In this document: in pieces, positions 49,073 through 61,945 of the stretch
Layout: each line of letters begins with the position of its first letter
How positions within the stretch are numbered: the stretch's first letter is position 1
NCBI GenBank assembly: GCA_051294375.1
Contig: CM119267.1
Coordinates: 5,817,992-5,881,991, forward strand
Direction of reading: 5' to 3'
Length of the DNA: 64,000 nucleotides
Source: Paraspadella gotoi
Taxonomy: Eukaryota > Animalia > Chaetognatha
The notes under the pieces: model-generated
Seen by the model: only the letters and a program-made list of their open reading frames with translations
Database searches by the model: none
What the model was told of the DNA's origin: nothing
Program-made: the position numbers and the translations under genes

Positions 49073-49528
49073 TTTCGGGATTATTTTGGGTTTTTTTCGT
49101 TTTTGTTTATCTGGAACGGAAATTAATAGTCAAAAATATCAAGCGTACAGACGAAAGACGACGATTTTACCACGAAATTTAACTTTGGCGAGCGACTGCC
49201 ATACCCCCCCAATCTATCCTATTTAAAAGCCTTAAGTCAGATTTTCCTATTTAACGATTAGGACTTTTAGTTTTACATACGTAAATTATAAAAAATATTT
49301 GAGAAAGAAACGATAAAAATCGGTTTTTTGTCTGTGTTAATAAAGATATCTGTCGAATTAAAGAAACACTGGTGTAAAAGTCAATTAAGAAAATAAGTCT
49401 AAATAGAAATAAATGCCTTCCTGGCAAGATTATCAGCGTCATATAAATAAACAAAGGAAACAGCGCAGGATATCAGTCCCCGAACGAAGCAAATGAAAAT
49501 TTAAAAAAAGGATCTCAGATCGAAAGAT

Positions 49529-52500
49529 TCACTCTTTGCCGAGGGTTTCGCCAATCGAGGTCTCCCACCGACCCAGTCCCTTTTCGACGAGCTTCTTGGC
49601 GACGCAGTTGAGGTCGTTGTCCAGACCCAAACGGACGCGATACACGATCTCCCCGTCGTCCATGACCTCGGACCCGAACGCCTCCACCGAGAGCGTCTCA
49701 CTTTCCGTGGAGAAGTCCTCCACAGCATCGACGGCATCATTGGACCATTTCGCGCCGGCGGGAGATATTCCGTCCAATCGGCATCGGACCATGAGAGGTG
49801 GAATGCGGAGTAATTCACTAGGAAGACTGCGTACGGATTGCTAGACGGACAAAGAAATGTATACAAAGACAAACTACACAAGTTCGTGAAAAGCTAAATA
49901 GAACAAGGCAAATTTCTTACCAGATTATAAGGGACAACTTCCGTGTTACCGTAGTCAATAAATCTTAATTCGATGAACAACTGGGCATTCTCGCGGAGTT
50001 CAAAGCTGATTATTTTGGCCCGATACCTACGAATAACATTGCATTTAAAATTTTCCCCCATTTTTTGTCAAGAAGATAGCGGCTCACCAGTGACCGTCGT
50101 CGGAAAACTTTCCAATGCAGGGAGCGTTAATCATGGAGCCCACAAGGGGAGGAAAAGATGGGCCGTTGTCGTCAAGATATGCCATCATGGCGTCGCAGAC
50201 GGCTTCCTCGTCCTGGCGCGCCAGGTAGAACTCATCCGGAGACAAACAAGAGGAGAGAAAAACGGGAATGGGCTTGCCAATCGGGAGCGACGATTTGTAC
50301 TCGGCGATAATGGGCGGTAGCGGAGGACAACCGTCGCGATCGACAACGGACGCCATCGGCGCAGAAGCATCGCTCTCCGAGACGGAGCCTTCCGACAGGT
50401 TTGCTTCGACGAGGCGAGTCGCCTCATCGACGGCGCTCTCCAGGACGGTCTCGGCGCCATTGTCGAATTGAATCCGCTTCAACTCGGCGGCGAGTTCAGC
50501 CCCAGAACCAAGAAGAAGTAGCTCGACGACGGCCGATTCCCCATCGAGCAGAGTCGCGCGATAAACGGCATCGAGCCAGGCCGCGTCGAGCAGGGAATTT
50601 GCGGTGATGTCTACGAGCTCTGTACCGTCAAGCGAAAAAGGACCCAACGCCAGAGGAGGGAGGGTAGAAACACTTTTATCGATAGGGTAAAGACTTTCGA
50701 GAGAAACATCGGGAAGAGTGACTCCGTGATCTATCAAAAACACCTCCGCAGCCTTTTCTGCTATAGACAGGACGCGCGCGCGGCGAGGGCTTTCATTCGC
50801 ACCCCAAAATACCGCGCAATAGCTTTCGGCGGCAAGAGCGCCGGAGAAAGGTGCGGTGTCTCCTTTGAGCCCAGCCTGAACCGCTTTCTCCACAAAATCG
50901 AGGGCATCATCGTTGTCGACGAGATGCAAGTAAAAGAATTTCGAATAACGACGGCTGGCGAGACGCGCCTGGACTTCTTCGCCAACTGATAATTTGGAAC
51001 GAAATGAGGGGATAGCCGTTTCAGTGGGAACAACGGGACAAGCTTTAGAATTTTCCAATTCTTCGGCTCCATCCGGCTCCGAGCGAAGTGGAGCGCCGAC
51101 GACTGGTTCTTTCAAGGTATTAGAGGCATTTTCAATCAAAGAGCTTTCTTTGCGGGAGGGATCTAAGACTTTCGTCAAAGTTGTAGTCCCCGTATCCACA
51201 GCTTTAATTTCGATAGAAGCGGATTCGCCCAGGCTCGGTCGCTCCATGACAGCTTCCTGATTTGGCGCGAAGGCGGACTTGAGTGAGCTTGACGGTTCGG
51301 CGTGGGAGGATGGCTGAATGAAACCCTTGCTGGATGCGGGCGGCTCCTCGTCGGTCGGCGCCGGAATTTTTAACGCTCGTTTCTTTTGGATCAAAGAGAA
51401 GACAAGCTCGTTGACGACGCGGCCGGTGGAAGCTTCCTCCATTTCTACCCGGCCGTCACCCATGTTGGTGACGCGATAAACTTTCTCCGTCAATACGACG
51501 ATTTGATCTAAAAGGTCGTCGTGACGTTCGGACGAGGTCGAGGGAAAGAGCCGGAAGGGGCCGAGGGCGTAAGGCGGAGGCGAAGACACCTACAATTTTT
51601 TAGAGAACACTTTTTATAATCCTATTTCGCGCAAACGTATCTCTCAAAAAAACTAACTTTTTCATCCACCGATAGGAACTTGGACGCTTCAATCACTTCG
51701 TTGTTTCCGAAGTCGATGTACCTTACTCTGATTTTTTCACCTTTCTTAGCGGTTATCTATCGAAAATATAAAAAAATTAGGCAAAAAATAGAATTGAGCA
51801 TAAGAATAGGAACAATATCGATCTAAGGACTAACTCACCTTGCAACGGTAATACTCTTGATCTTCTGAAAACAGAGCAACGCCGAAATCATGAACTTCCG
51901 ATCGAGGAGATGGGCGACGGTTGGCGGCGTCCGAGTATATTTCTTTGACGAGGTCCACATGGTTGTCAAAATGGTCGTCGTTGCTGAAATTATTATTTAC
52001 TATTATTTATTATCATCATTTTTAATTATTATTATATTTTATTTTTATTATTATTATTACAAGTTTGAGCAAAAACGTCTGATCTGCAACACCAGTTGAA
52101 ACCCAAATCAAAGGGTAATAAAAGCTCTTTAAAAATACCTGACTAAATGAAAGAAAAGTTCATTGACGGAATCGTAATTGCAGCAGTAAACTTCCGTAGC
52201 AACACCCTTTTCCAACTGGAAAGAAGGCCCGGGAACCTTGGGGTCAGTCTCGGCGGGTTGAGGATCTTTATGTTCCGGATCGATTGAAGGAGCATCGACC
52301 GATGGGACGATAGACGCGACGACCTTCTCTGTTTTCGCCGACTCGACTTTAGCCAAGACCTCGTCCCCAATATTCCTATTCGATCCGGCGGCGAAAAGTT
52401 TGATGAGAGAAGCGTGAGAACTCTCCGAGAAATGAATGAACTCCGCTTCCGTTTCAATGTCATCGGCGATCATCTCATCCAAAATTTTCGAAGCCGCGTC

Positions 52501-55197
52501 CAGCGTTTCTTTGTCCAAGTTGTCGAAACCATGCAAGCGGCAACGGTAGGCAGAAGCCGAAAGACTACGGCCCCTGGGCGGGAGACCACGTACGGCCGGA
52601 GGTTGAGTCAACAGCGAGATGTATTCGTCGTTGCCAAAGTCAACAAAGTGGACCCGAACTCCCTGAAATCCCTGACGAGAGACTGCCAATGCCGCCTCCG
52701 GGCCGGCAACTCGGTCCAAGCAGAAGGCGCGGTAAAATGACCCCTCGAAATTGACGGCATAATACTCGCCCGGTACGACTTCCAACGGACTTAACGGGGG
52801 GCACTCGTGCTCGGCATAGACGTATTTTTTATCCGCACTCGGGCTCCCGTCCAAGTTGATCCAAATGGAGTTGAAATCAAAAAAGGTGGAGATGCGACAT
52901 TTCATTTTTATTCCGACTTCGACAGGCGGAAGATATCCCGGTCCTGTTCGGTTGTCAGGCTTCATGGTCGTCTCCGTCGTCGTCTCTTTTTTTTCCTCGG
53001 AGGCAGGAGCAAGGGGAAAGACCTCAGGAAAGGAGACGTTTACAATAAAGGAATCCGACTTTTGATCAAACATGTTAAACATGCAAGTTATTTCCTGTAC
53101 GTCTTGGAGCTTTTGATTCATTGCTTGGTTGGCTGCGACGTTGCCAGCGTCGTAGCCCATGAGCCCAACTCGTACGGCGCAAGGGACCAAACATTTAAAA
53201 TCGTCGGGAAGCTTCCTCAGGCTCGACCAAGGGACACTTTCCTCATTGCCGTAATCGACAAAAGAAACGAGAGCCGCGTTTTCTGGTTTTAAAGCTTTCA
53301 CGAAGCCGCGATAGTAACCTTGGTCGAAAGGCGCCGCCACCAAAATTCCTTTCCTCACTTCTTCGACCTCAGGCGCGGTCTTCACCGCTTCCTCCAAACT
53401 ATTGGCAATCGCGTCCAATTCGCCCATCCTCTCCTTGAGATGCACGTAAAACTTTCCTGGATTTTCGATCCAAGAGGGAACGCAAGACTTTGATTTGCCC
53501 ACGAAATCCATACAAGCGCTCTTGGCCCAACATACTTCCCTCTCCTCATCGAAAGGGGCGCCGTCTTCGATGGGTTTCGTTATCGGACGATCCGCGTACT
53601 TGCTTGTGGGCTTAAAACCGATATCCCGCTGGCTCAAGTCATTCTTAGAGCGAGTTTCGTTCGGCAGCGGTTTGGCGGCGGCGTCGGCCAACTGTGTCCG
53701 CTTGGCGGGCGGAACGTATGATTCTACTTTTCTTCTATTCTTCGGGGAATTCCTGCGTTTGGCCGGCATCAAATTCTTTTCAGAAAAAGTATCGGAAATG
53801 GGCTCCTGGATATTCGAAGCGCTGCTCTGTTCTCGCCAACTGGACCTCGCCCCAAATTTTTCGCCTTTACTGTTGTTGTTGTTGTTTTTATCGCTAAGGA
53901 TATCCCGTTTGGTCGGCGGTGCGTATCGGGATTTTTCCATCGTCATCAACGGCAAAAACTCTGGCGTTTCGGGATTTAATTTTTTCTCCTGCGAAGGAGA
54001 CGGGGTGACGGCGACGGGCGTCGCGCTCGGAGTGGCGCTCGGAGTCGCGCTGGGCGTCGCAGGGTCGGAAGACGTCACGGTCGTCGGAGAGACAAACTCG
54101 GTCAACGCGGGCGGAAAAGTCGTCGCCAAGGAAACTAACGATGCGGTCGTCATTGAGGATGAAACGACGAACGGAGGCGGCGGAAAGGACATCGAAGCCA
54201 GAGAAGGCGGTTTGGAATTCGGAACCATCATCGAAAGCGGAGGGGCGTCGTGACGAGCGACTGACGAAACAGATCCGGGCGGGATCGATCGCGGGGGAGA
54301 AAACGCCCGAAGCGTTCTCGGAGGCGGTGGCGGAACGAAGCCGTCGGCCGCGGCCGGCCCGTCCAAAAAATGTCGGAGAGAAATAGCTTCGGGTAGAGTT
54401 CCGTCATCTGGCACCAGAAACAACTCGACGAGAGGCGGTACCGCCATCGGGTCCGCCTGGCAACGACAAATGAGCAGATTGGGCTTGATCTCGTTTTGTC
54501 GTTCGAAGAGCCTGTCCATTTGACTGCCGTCCAAGTCGAGAGAGACTTGGATCGACTGCGCCGCCAGCCGAGAAAAGGAGCGGATCAACGAGGGTGGGAC
54601 GACGACAACCGTATCCGGTGGAACCGCCTCCTTCAAGCCGTGGTCGATGTATTCTACGGTGGTCGCCTTGGCCAATTTATGCAAAACGCGTCCGCGAACC
54701 CAGATTTGATCGCGGCGACGCTTGACGAAGCAAAAGTCGCCGACGCGCAGGGAGGAACCCGTAAGTAGATCCGAAGAGGAGAGTTCCAAGCGTACGTGGA
54801 AATCCGCCTGAATCGTATATATAAAACTAGTTACATTTAGTTGTATTTATAACGCCGGCGATCTAAAAACTCAAGTCATTGTTATTTATCAAAACCATAT
54901 TTTTGTATATTTTAATTCGTTTCAACATATTTTTTTTTACCCGATGTTACAGGTTGCCCACAGGACAGACCAAAAGCCTAGCCACGCATGACACTACATG
55001 ACACTGTATTTACAAAAGAATTATCACTTCAGACGATTTCTTTTTCGTCTCACCTGTACGCTCTCGAACGTCTCCTGCTCGCTATCGAGAACCAAAAAGA
55101 CGCCTCCGTGAACATCGATGTATTTGAGTCGAACGCGTGACTCCTGCGCGAGAGTCGCGCGACGAACTTGAATGCTTTCAATTGAATTTCCGGACAT
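49529..55197 (-). CDS. Multi-Tudor-domain protein (germline TDRD-type), ~7 exons
   Basis: About six extended Tudor units: WVRGRV..EYIDHG, YYRGFV..FVDYGN, FYRAF..FVDFGN, YYRCK..YIDFGN, RARV..LIDHG and WYRAK..FIDYGN. Confidence 0.85.
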
Positions 55198-55455
55198 CGT
55201 TAAGGAAAGATAAACCCTGAAGAAAAAAAACAAATTGGCAAAAAGAACGTAAAATATTGAAAGAAAATTGACCAGAAGGGAAAAAACGTACTACGGTCGC
55301 CGCACTGTCACAAATCGTAGTAAATGTAATAAAGCGAAAAAAAGGAAATGGACAAAACTAAGGAAAATGTCATTGGAAAGTCGATAATCGAAGGGCTAAC
55401 ATTTCCTTTTTGAAGAAAAAAAAAAAAATTGGACGGAAGGATCGTCGGTCAAAAT

Positions 55456-58400
55456 TCAAGAAACGCTGTCGTGAAGAGTGAGATGAACGTATTCTTTCGA
55501 GATGGCGATCAACAGAAAGTGAGACGAGTTTTCCACGATCATTCGCCGATCTAGCGACCGAAAGGAACGCTTAAGTAGCGGCGCGAATCGATTGGCTGGG
55601 ACGGCGTAGACCAGAAAGCGTTTCTTGCTTCCGTCGGCAGAAGTGGCATCTACTTCCAAAAGCCCGGCGCCTTTGACAGAGTTCATGTCCTCTGCCACGT
55701 ACCTCAGTGGTCGCCACGGCAAAAAACTTTCTCCGCAGCCGACGTCGTCCTTGCGAAACGCTGCAAAGACGGCCGTTTCGGGAAGCAACTTTGTGCTTAA
55801 CTTGAAAGAGAGCTCAGCCACCTTGGCGTCCTCCAATGGAATGGTTTCAGAGATCGGAATCATCTTGACGCCGCTTTGCGTAGTTTGCAAGGCGCCCAAA
55901 ACGGCGTTAATAACGGAGAGCGGCCCATGAAGGACATGGAGACTTGCGGGCGAAGCTTGGGAGGCGTGGAGAAAGACGGCATCGCAACAAGCAACCACGC
56001 GATCCTTTAATTCCACCAATAAGGTCACGTCTTTCGGCACTCCATCGAGAATCTCCATGCCCATGTCGAAAGCCTTCTTATCCTTACTCCAACAGTGCGA
56101 GCGACCTCTAGTACCCCTTTCGTCGCAGTGCCAACTCGCCGACGAGTTTAAAGAGTAAGGATGCTGCCTTTGATGTGTCGCAGGGGCGTGGCGATTTCCG
56201 GTGCCAGTGACTCGTTTCGGCGTCAACCGCTTCTTTTCCCGAGGTGACGGTTGTTGTTTCTCCCGGGATTGGACGAAAGCGGAAAAGCTGGATGCCGTCA
56301 TTCGAGAGGCGCGGCGGAAGTTACGAAACTCTTTAATCATCGCCACAGCAGTGGAAGACTCTCTCCCACGCGTGGAATAGTAAAGGTGGACGTCGATGGG
56401 TTCGCCGAAGATATCGCCGCCGTCCATCTTTAGGCATGCCTCCACCGCCCCTTCCAGGTTTTGGTAAAGCACGAAAAAACCGCGGTACGGGTGTACCCTC
56501 CCGTTCCTCGGCTCAGGACATTGCCTTATATCTTCAACAACGCCGAACGCGCGAAATACTTCTCGGACGACCCCCGGCTGAATATTAGCAGCGATGCCCT
56601 TGACGTAGACGATGGGGACCATAGGAACCGTGTTGGAGTGGAACAGGTACGGCTGCACATGACCCATACATGTATAAAGCCTGAATTTGCCAAAAACGCG
56701 ACCGGACAGATGAGTCTTGGCGCGAATGGCGTCCGTTTGACGGAAATATTGAACGGTAGCGCGGCTTCTAGGAGTGTAAATCGAAGTTCGGACGATTTGC
56801 ATCTCTTCCACTTCGCCGAATGACGCCATGAGCGAGCGAAAATCCTTCTCCCGCGCCTCGGGATCTATGTTCATCGTGCAGACGCGACGGGAAGCCTCCT
56901 CGTCGTCTTTAGAGTGCTTCTGCTTGAAGGACGCCGATCTTCGAGGATGCTTCCCACAGCCTCGACGGGCGTTGGAGAAGACAGAATGGGTTCGCCGCTG
57001 AAGAAACGGCTCCGCCTCTTTAGCAAACGTGTTGCGCTTTGGATGCCCACGAGATCGCGACTTGAGATCCGAAAGAGAAACATCGGGGCCGCATCTAGAG
57101 GCCGTTCTCGAGGTCAGGGAAACGGTCAGGCCACCAACGGGCGATTTCTCGACAGCGCACTGATGACAAAACGAATCATCAATGGTACGTCTGTTACGCC
57201 ATACGCGGTTTTGTCGACGCGGCGCGTCACTTGCGGAGAAGGGACGCGGCGGTCTTAACTTGCGGGAAGGGACATCCTCAGAGGCGAGCTCACCAGTACG
57301 CTCCTTGCGCCCAGCTCCACGGAGGGAAGATTTGACCGAGCTCGGGCCAAATTTGATGGCGGAAAGGACACGGCGAGCCGAGTGAGGGGAGACAGTCTCC
57401 CGACGACGCTTTTTCGGCGTCACACGTCCGACTCGAACGGATCGACGACGAAAGTCATTGACGTAAGCCTTGGGAATTTCGTCGGATTTAGCCGCGGGAG
57501 AAGCGGGCTTGCATGGCCGGCGCCCGAATTTCGCATTTGAAGGTTGGGAGGAAGAAGAAGAGGAATCGGAAGATGAAGAAGACGAAGAAGAGTCGCCGCT
57601 GCTCGATTCTGAATCGGATTCTTCGTTTGCCTCTTCGGCCTTGTGCGAGGAAGCAATCTCGTCGTCGCAAATGCGCCGATTTTCTTCGTCATCATCTTCA
57701 TCGTCGAACTTCGCTTCTTCCTCTGCAGGAGACGATGGCAAATTTTGGCAGGCGTCGTCGTCATCGGCGGGGAGTTTGACGGAGGCCGAAACGTTATCAG
57801 GGGCGATCGCGGACACAGTAGAAGAAGCTTCGGCGTTAACGGAGATTTTCGCAGACGCTGGAGTGGCTTCGGAGGCTCCTTCGGCGTTTCGCCAGATCTC
57901 CGCGTTGATGAAGATGACGCTGATCGTTGATTGTCCCAGCCGGAGTCCGTTCATTCGCTCTTTTGCCTTAGCAGCGGAGACGGCGTCCCCGAACGCGGCG
58001 CGAGCCGACGACGGTCGATCAGCTTCACCCAAAATAAAGACGAGCTTTTCCAAAGGCCCAAACTCAGCCAAAAGAAACTCTAGCGCCTCTTCCTTCAAGT
58101 TGACGTCGATGTTTTCCAAATAAATGAATCTCGTGGATTCTCGAGGGACTGCGGGTGCAACGTCATCTGCTGGTTCAGGCGCGTTCGTGGAGGCCGTGGA
58201 CGCTTCAGGGGCCGGGGTCGAGTCGGCCTCGGCTATCGCCCGCTCGGGGCGTCTGAAAGAGGAAGAGGAGGAACATGGCTGATAGCGCGTCGCAACCTCT
58301 TCCTCTGTCGCTCGATTTTCGTCGAGGATGATGTCGACGTCGGAAAGAACGACGCCACCGAGATGCAGCAGTTCGTCCTTTATCTTGGCTCCGGAAGAGA

Positions 58401-58503
58401 TCCAGTATCGCTGACCCGACTCGTCCTGGATGCAGAGAACGAATTGAGACTTTCCCACCGACGACTTGAGTGCGTCGACGGCTTCGAAAACCGCGCCGTT
58501 CAT
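55456..58503 (-). CDS. Intronless 1,015-aa protein with three RRMs, Ser/Arg-rich linkers and unrecognised terminal domains
   Basis: RRMs at FIYLENI..FGPL..MNGLRLG, VCTMNI..FGEV..LSGRVFG and VYVKGI..FGVV..GFFVLY..MDG. Confidence 0.8.
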   Translation of the reverse strand: MNGAVFEAVDALKSSVGKSQFVLCIQDESGQRYWISSGAKIKDELLHLGGVVLSDVDIILDENRATEEEVATRYQPCSSSSSFRRPERAIAEADSTPAPEASTASTNAPEPADDVAPAVPRESTRFIYLENIDVNLKEEALEFLLAEFGPLEKLVFILGEADRPSSARAAFGDAVSAAKAKERMNGLRLGQSTISVIFINAEIWRNAEGASEATPASAKISVNAEASSTVSAIAPDNVSASVKLPADDDDACQNLPSSPAEEEAKFDDEDDDEENRRICDDEIASSHKAEEANEESDSESSSGDSSSSSSSSDSSSSSSQPSNAKFGRRPCKPASPAAKSDEIPKAYVNDFRRRSVRVGRVTPKKRRRETVSPHSARRVLSAIKFGPSSVKSSLRGAGRKERTGELASEDVPSRKLRPPRPFSASDAPRRQNRVWRNRRTIDDSFCHQCAVEKSPVGGLTVSLTSRTASRCGPDVSLSDLKSRSRGHPKRNTFAKEAEPFLQRRTHSVFSNARRGCGKHPRRSASFKQKHSKDDEEASRRVCTMNIDPEAREKDFRSLMASFGEVEEMQIVRTSIYTPRSRATVQYFRQTDAIRAKTHLSGRVFGKFRLYTCMGHVQPYLFHSNTVPMVPIVYVKGIAANIQPGVVREVFRAFGVVEDIRQCPEPRNGRVHPYRGFFVLYQNLEGAVEACLKMDGGDIFGEPIDVHLYYSTRGRESSTAVAMIKEFRNFRRASRMTASSFSAFVQSREKQQPSPREKKRLTPKRVTGTGNRHAPATHQRQHPYSLNSSASWHCDERGTRGRSHCWSKDKKAFDMGMEILDGVPKDVTLLVELKDRVVACCDAVFLHASQASPASLHVLHGPLSVINAVLGALQTTQSGVKMIPISETIPLEDAKVAELSFKLSTKLLPETAVFAAFRKDDVGCGESFLPWRPLRYVAEDMNSVKGAGLLEVDATSADGSKKRFLVYAVPANRFAPLLKRSFRSLDRRMIVENSSHFLLIAISKEYVHLTLHDSVS

Positions 58504-59042
58504 CGTGAATTAAGAGTCGCGATGACCGCTCAACGCATCATTATTAGAAAAAGGCCTGAGAGTAAAAAATATTCGGATTCGATGATAAATTATTGTTAGT
58601 AATATTATCACAGAATTTATGGAATTAAACTGGTGATTTACGGAAACGATTAATACCAAAATGCATAATTTAGGTAAAAAAAGTAAAAAAAGGGGAAAAA
58701 AAATTCTCATTTTCAAACGAGTCAAGCGTTTTCCAAAAGTGTCGTTATTTTCATGCCTAAAATTAGGTATGGAATGTTTATCGAAAAAAATTAAGAGAAA
58801 ACAAATACGTAGATAAATACTTAATAAAAATTACAACTAACTTCACCGAAAAGATAGTATGCAGCGTGAAATGCAATCACGTTTACTGATAAGAATGAGA
58901 TCGTGAAAAGAGCCGTGAAAACCGGAAATAATATAATCCAAACTTTTCACCGCGTTAGAAAATAAATAAATAAAAAGTTAACAAATGGGGGGAAAAAAAT
59001 ATTGCTTTCTTAATAAAACTCTTTGGAAAGGCAAATCTTCAA

Positions 59043-60947
59043 TCAAAACACCGTCCCCAGCGCCTCGAACCAAGCGAGTAGTGATCGATCGCTCTGCGAA
59101 AGAAAAAAGAATTGCTCGTACGTCATCCTATCTCCGTCGGCGACGTTGGCGTTGGCGAAGAACGAATCAACCAGTTCCGCCATAGCGTCTTGAGACATGG
59201 CTTCGATAACGGGCCACATGGGAGCATAGCGGCGTTCCGAAACGCCTTCGGAAGCTTGGGTCCTATCCTCTGCGACTGCGTTTGCTTCTCGCTCCCCGTC
59301 GTTATTATCTCCGGATTTCTGGGAGTCATCACTCGGATCGGCTCTATTATTTTCTTCCGCGGTTCTGACGGACTCATTGGGAGTGGAAACCAGGCGCGCT
59401 CGTTCACCAAATCCCCTGCACGCGCCGGTCGTCGGAGTGGCAAGAATTCGTGGCGCGTCAGAGGGCGTTCGAAAGTCGTGGAAAATCCCACGGCCCCCTC
59501 CTCCACCGATGAGCGGGTGCGGCGACGTCGGAGACAAGTAAAGGGCGGACAGGCTGGACGGAATGCCCGAGTTGGAACGAGAGATGGTAGCGGAGTCAAA
59601 ACGAGGAAATCCCGAGTCGTTGGCGGTCGAATCCACGCCCGCCGTTTCCGACGCGGGCGGGGGATATCCGAGTTCAGCCGGAATGGGCGCCGTGAAGAGA
59701 GTGGACACGGGCTTGCCGCTCCCATCGTCGAAATGGGAGTTAAACATGTCCTCCTCACAACTGCGCACCACGTCTTTGACCAGCTCGACGGTGAGGCCAA
59801 AATAGGCCTTAAACATTTGCCGGAGGTTATCCTTAGACACGGTACCAACGTTATCGAGGTCGTAGCCACGAAACACGTGCGGCAGCTTGTCCGGTAGGCT
59901 TCCTTTGATCAATACGGAGAGTCCCCTGGACATTTCGCCAAAGTCTATGAACCCGTCGGCGTTCCGATCATAAAAGTCAAAAAGTCGGGAAACTACGAGG
60001 TTGCCGCCGATGTTGAGAGACCCGAGGCAGTCGTTAAAGTTAGTCCTGGAAATGCCTGGCGGAGCTGCCTCGTTCAAGCTCGGACGAGAGCATAACCGGT
60101 AGTACTGCTCATGCAGAGATTCCAGCTCATAGTGGTCAAATTGAGTTTCCTTGACGAGGTCTTGCAGTTGGTGCCACGAAAGGGGCTGATAGGCTTCTCC
60201 GGAGCCCGAGAGGCCGATGGCAGCGGCCGGGGCAACGTTGCCTCTCCTCCTACCCACGTACAAAGGGGGAAAGAGAACCTTCCGAGGGGAAGCGAGTGGC
60301 GGAAGCGGGACGCGAATCTTGACGAAGACGTGGGAAGAGTCGTGGTTGTCTTTGGGTTCGCAGGCCTCGCAGATGTCGTAGTCGAGGCAGTTGGCGCACT
60401 TGAAGCGAACGCCGAGCACCGGCGAACGTTGGCAGACGTTGCAGATTATGCCGCGGTGTACCACGCCTTCTCGCCGCGCCTGATCCTCGGCGATCGAATA
60501 AAGAAGATTAAGAAGGATGCGCTCTTCGTCTTTCCGGCGATCGTCCTTGGGATCATCTTCTTCGGCAGTCGCGTCTTCAACTTCGAGCCGAGCATCCTCG
60601 TCGGTGCCGCTAACGCGTTCGACAGCATCGCTCGGGGACTCTACCCGAACTTGAGCGAGGGACGACGCCGGAAGATCAAGACTGTGAGACGCGGAGCTGA
60701 TGAGGTGAGGGGCGCCGTCTAACGGAGAAAAAGAGACACTGGGAGTGAAGCCAGTTCGGACTAAGGACGGAAGGGGGCTGCTGTTGTCGTCGTCGTCGTC
60801 TTCATCGTTGTTTGTGTCGAAGTCAATCGTGTAGATGCCATCCCGTTTCGCGACGGCGAGAGCAAGGCCGGCCGCCGAGGCTCCGAACAGAGCTCCGGCC
60901 AATCCCGCTAAAACTAGTTTCGAGTCCAATGACATAGTTTCCTTCAT
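59043..60947 (-). CDS. ZZ-type zinc finger plus NCS/recoverin-like EF-hand protein with an N-terminal hydrophobic anchor
   Basis: ZZ finger HRGIICNVC..GVRFKCANCLDYDICEAC..H..H; EF-hands FDFYDRNADGFIDFGE and FRGYDLDNVGTVSKDN; N-terminal LVLAGLAGALFGASAAGLALAV. Confidence 0.85.
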   Translation of the reverse strand: MKETMSLDSKLVLAGLAGALFGASAAGLALAVAKRDGIYTIDFDTNNDEDDDDDNSSPLPSLVRTGFTPSVSFSPLDGAPHLISSASHSLDLPASSLAQVRVESPSDAVERVSGTDEDARLEVEDATAEEDDPKDDRRKDEERILLNLLYSIAEDQARREGVVHRGIICNVCQRSPVLGVRFKCANCLDYDICEACEPKDNHDSSHVFVKIRVPLPPLASPRKVLFPPLYVGRRRGNVAPAAAIGLSGSGEAYQPLSWHQLQDLVKETQFDHYELESLHEQYYRLCSRPSLNEAAPPGISRTNFNDCLGSLNIGGNLVVSRLFDFYDRNADGFIDFGEMSRGLSVLIKGSLPDKLPHVFRGYDLDNVGTVSKDNLRQMFKAYFGLTVELVKDVVRSCEEDMFNSHFDDGSGKPVSTLFTAPIPAELGYPPPASETAGVDSTANDSGFPRFDSATISRSNSGIPSSLSALYLSPTSPHPLIGGGGGRGIFHDFRTPSDAPRILATPTTGACRGFGERARLVSTPNESVRTAEENNRADPSDDSQKSGDNNDGEREANAVAEDRTQASEGVSERRYAPMWPVIEAMSQDAMAELVDSFFANANVADGDRMTYEQFFFLSQSDRSLLAWFEALGTVF

Positions 60948-61945
60948 GTCACGTCGATCCGGAGAAATCTCTCAATGGGCTTTTTTTCTTAATCATTTTG
61001 ACGACATTCGTTTGGACTCCGAGCTCGCTGAGGTTTTAATCTAATCTTCTGTAAACAAAAAACACTAACGACCATGAGGTATGATAAAACTCTTAACACT
61101 GAAGGATGTAAATAGAAACTTCATTTTTCTGTGAGGGCGAAACAAAATAAAACGAAACAAACGAATCAAGAATGAAGTTTTGTGGAAAGTAACTACTTAC
61201 GAACTAAAAAGAGTAAGAATTGGATAATCAGAATGCGTTTCACGTAAAATCTGTCGCATTCTAATAAACACCGCAAAATTTGAAGAAGAGTCGTCAAGAT
61301 AAAAAAAAAAACACTTTAGCCAAGGTTATATAAATTTTATTTTAAAAAAATTATATAATTATTTTTTTAAATTTCCTCCCGACCCAAAACTTGTCACAGT
61401 TAAATAAAAAGAATCAACCCTTGGGCGCAACTGTATCTTCAAACTTTGTGTAAAAAAATATTACGCGCTTGTAGTCCATAAGCTACCAAAATCACGTGAT
61501 TAAAAGAAACAAAGGAATTGTTAACTGGGATTGTTTATAAATTTAAATATTTACATGGAAATATTAAAGTAGATCCTCCAACCAGAAAACCGTGCCTTTG
61601 TTAAACAAAAACAAAACATTAACTGATGACTAGTCAGATAAACCGAAAATAAATAAAATAAATCTTCAAACAACATTCAATACTGGCGTTGTTTGTGGGA
61701 CAATAAAACGATATGTATATTATCAGTAATTTCATAGACTCATCAAAATAAATCAAGTGAAAGAAAAACCTCTTCATCAAATTAATAATAAGTTCACGTC
61801 TCAAAGTTACACCTAGTACGACCAATAATTTGTTTTCACTTTTTAAAAGAGTTCACAGCGAAGGATTTAGCGTGAAGTGAAATTTTGAAAAATCATAAAC
61901 TGTGGCGAGGAAAATTGATGGTAAAAATGGAAAAAAAAAAAATTT

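Noticed and set aside
61620-61650. CTGATGACTAGTCAG palindrome as a snoRNA or hammerhead
   Set aside because: No compatible box spacing and no hammerhead helices.
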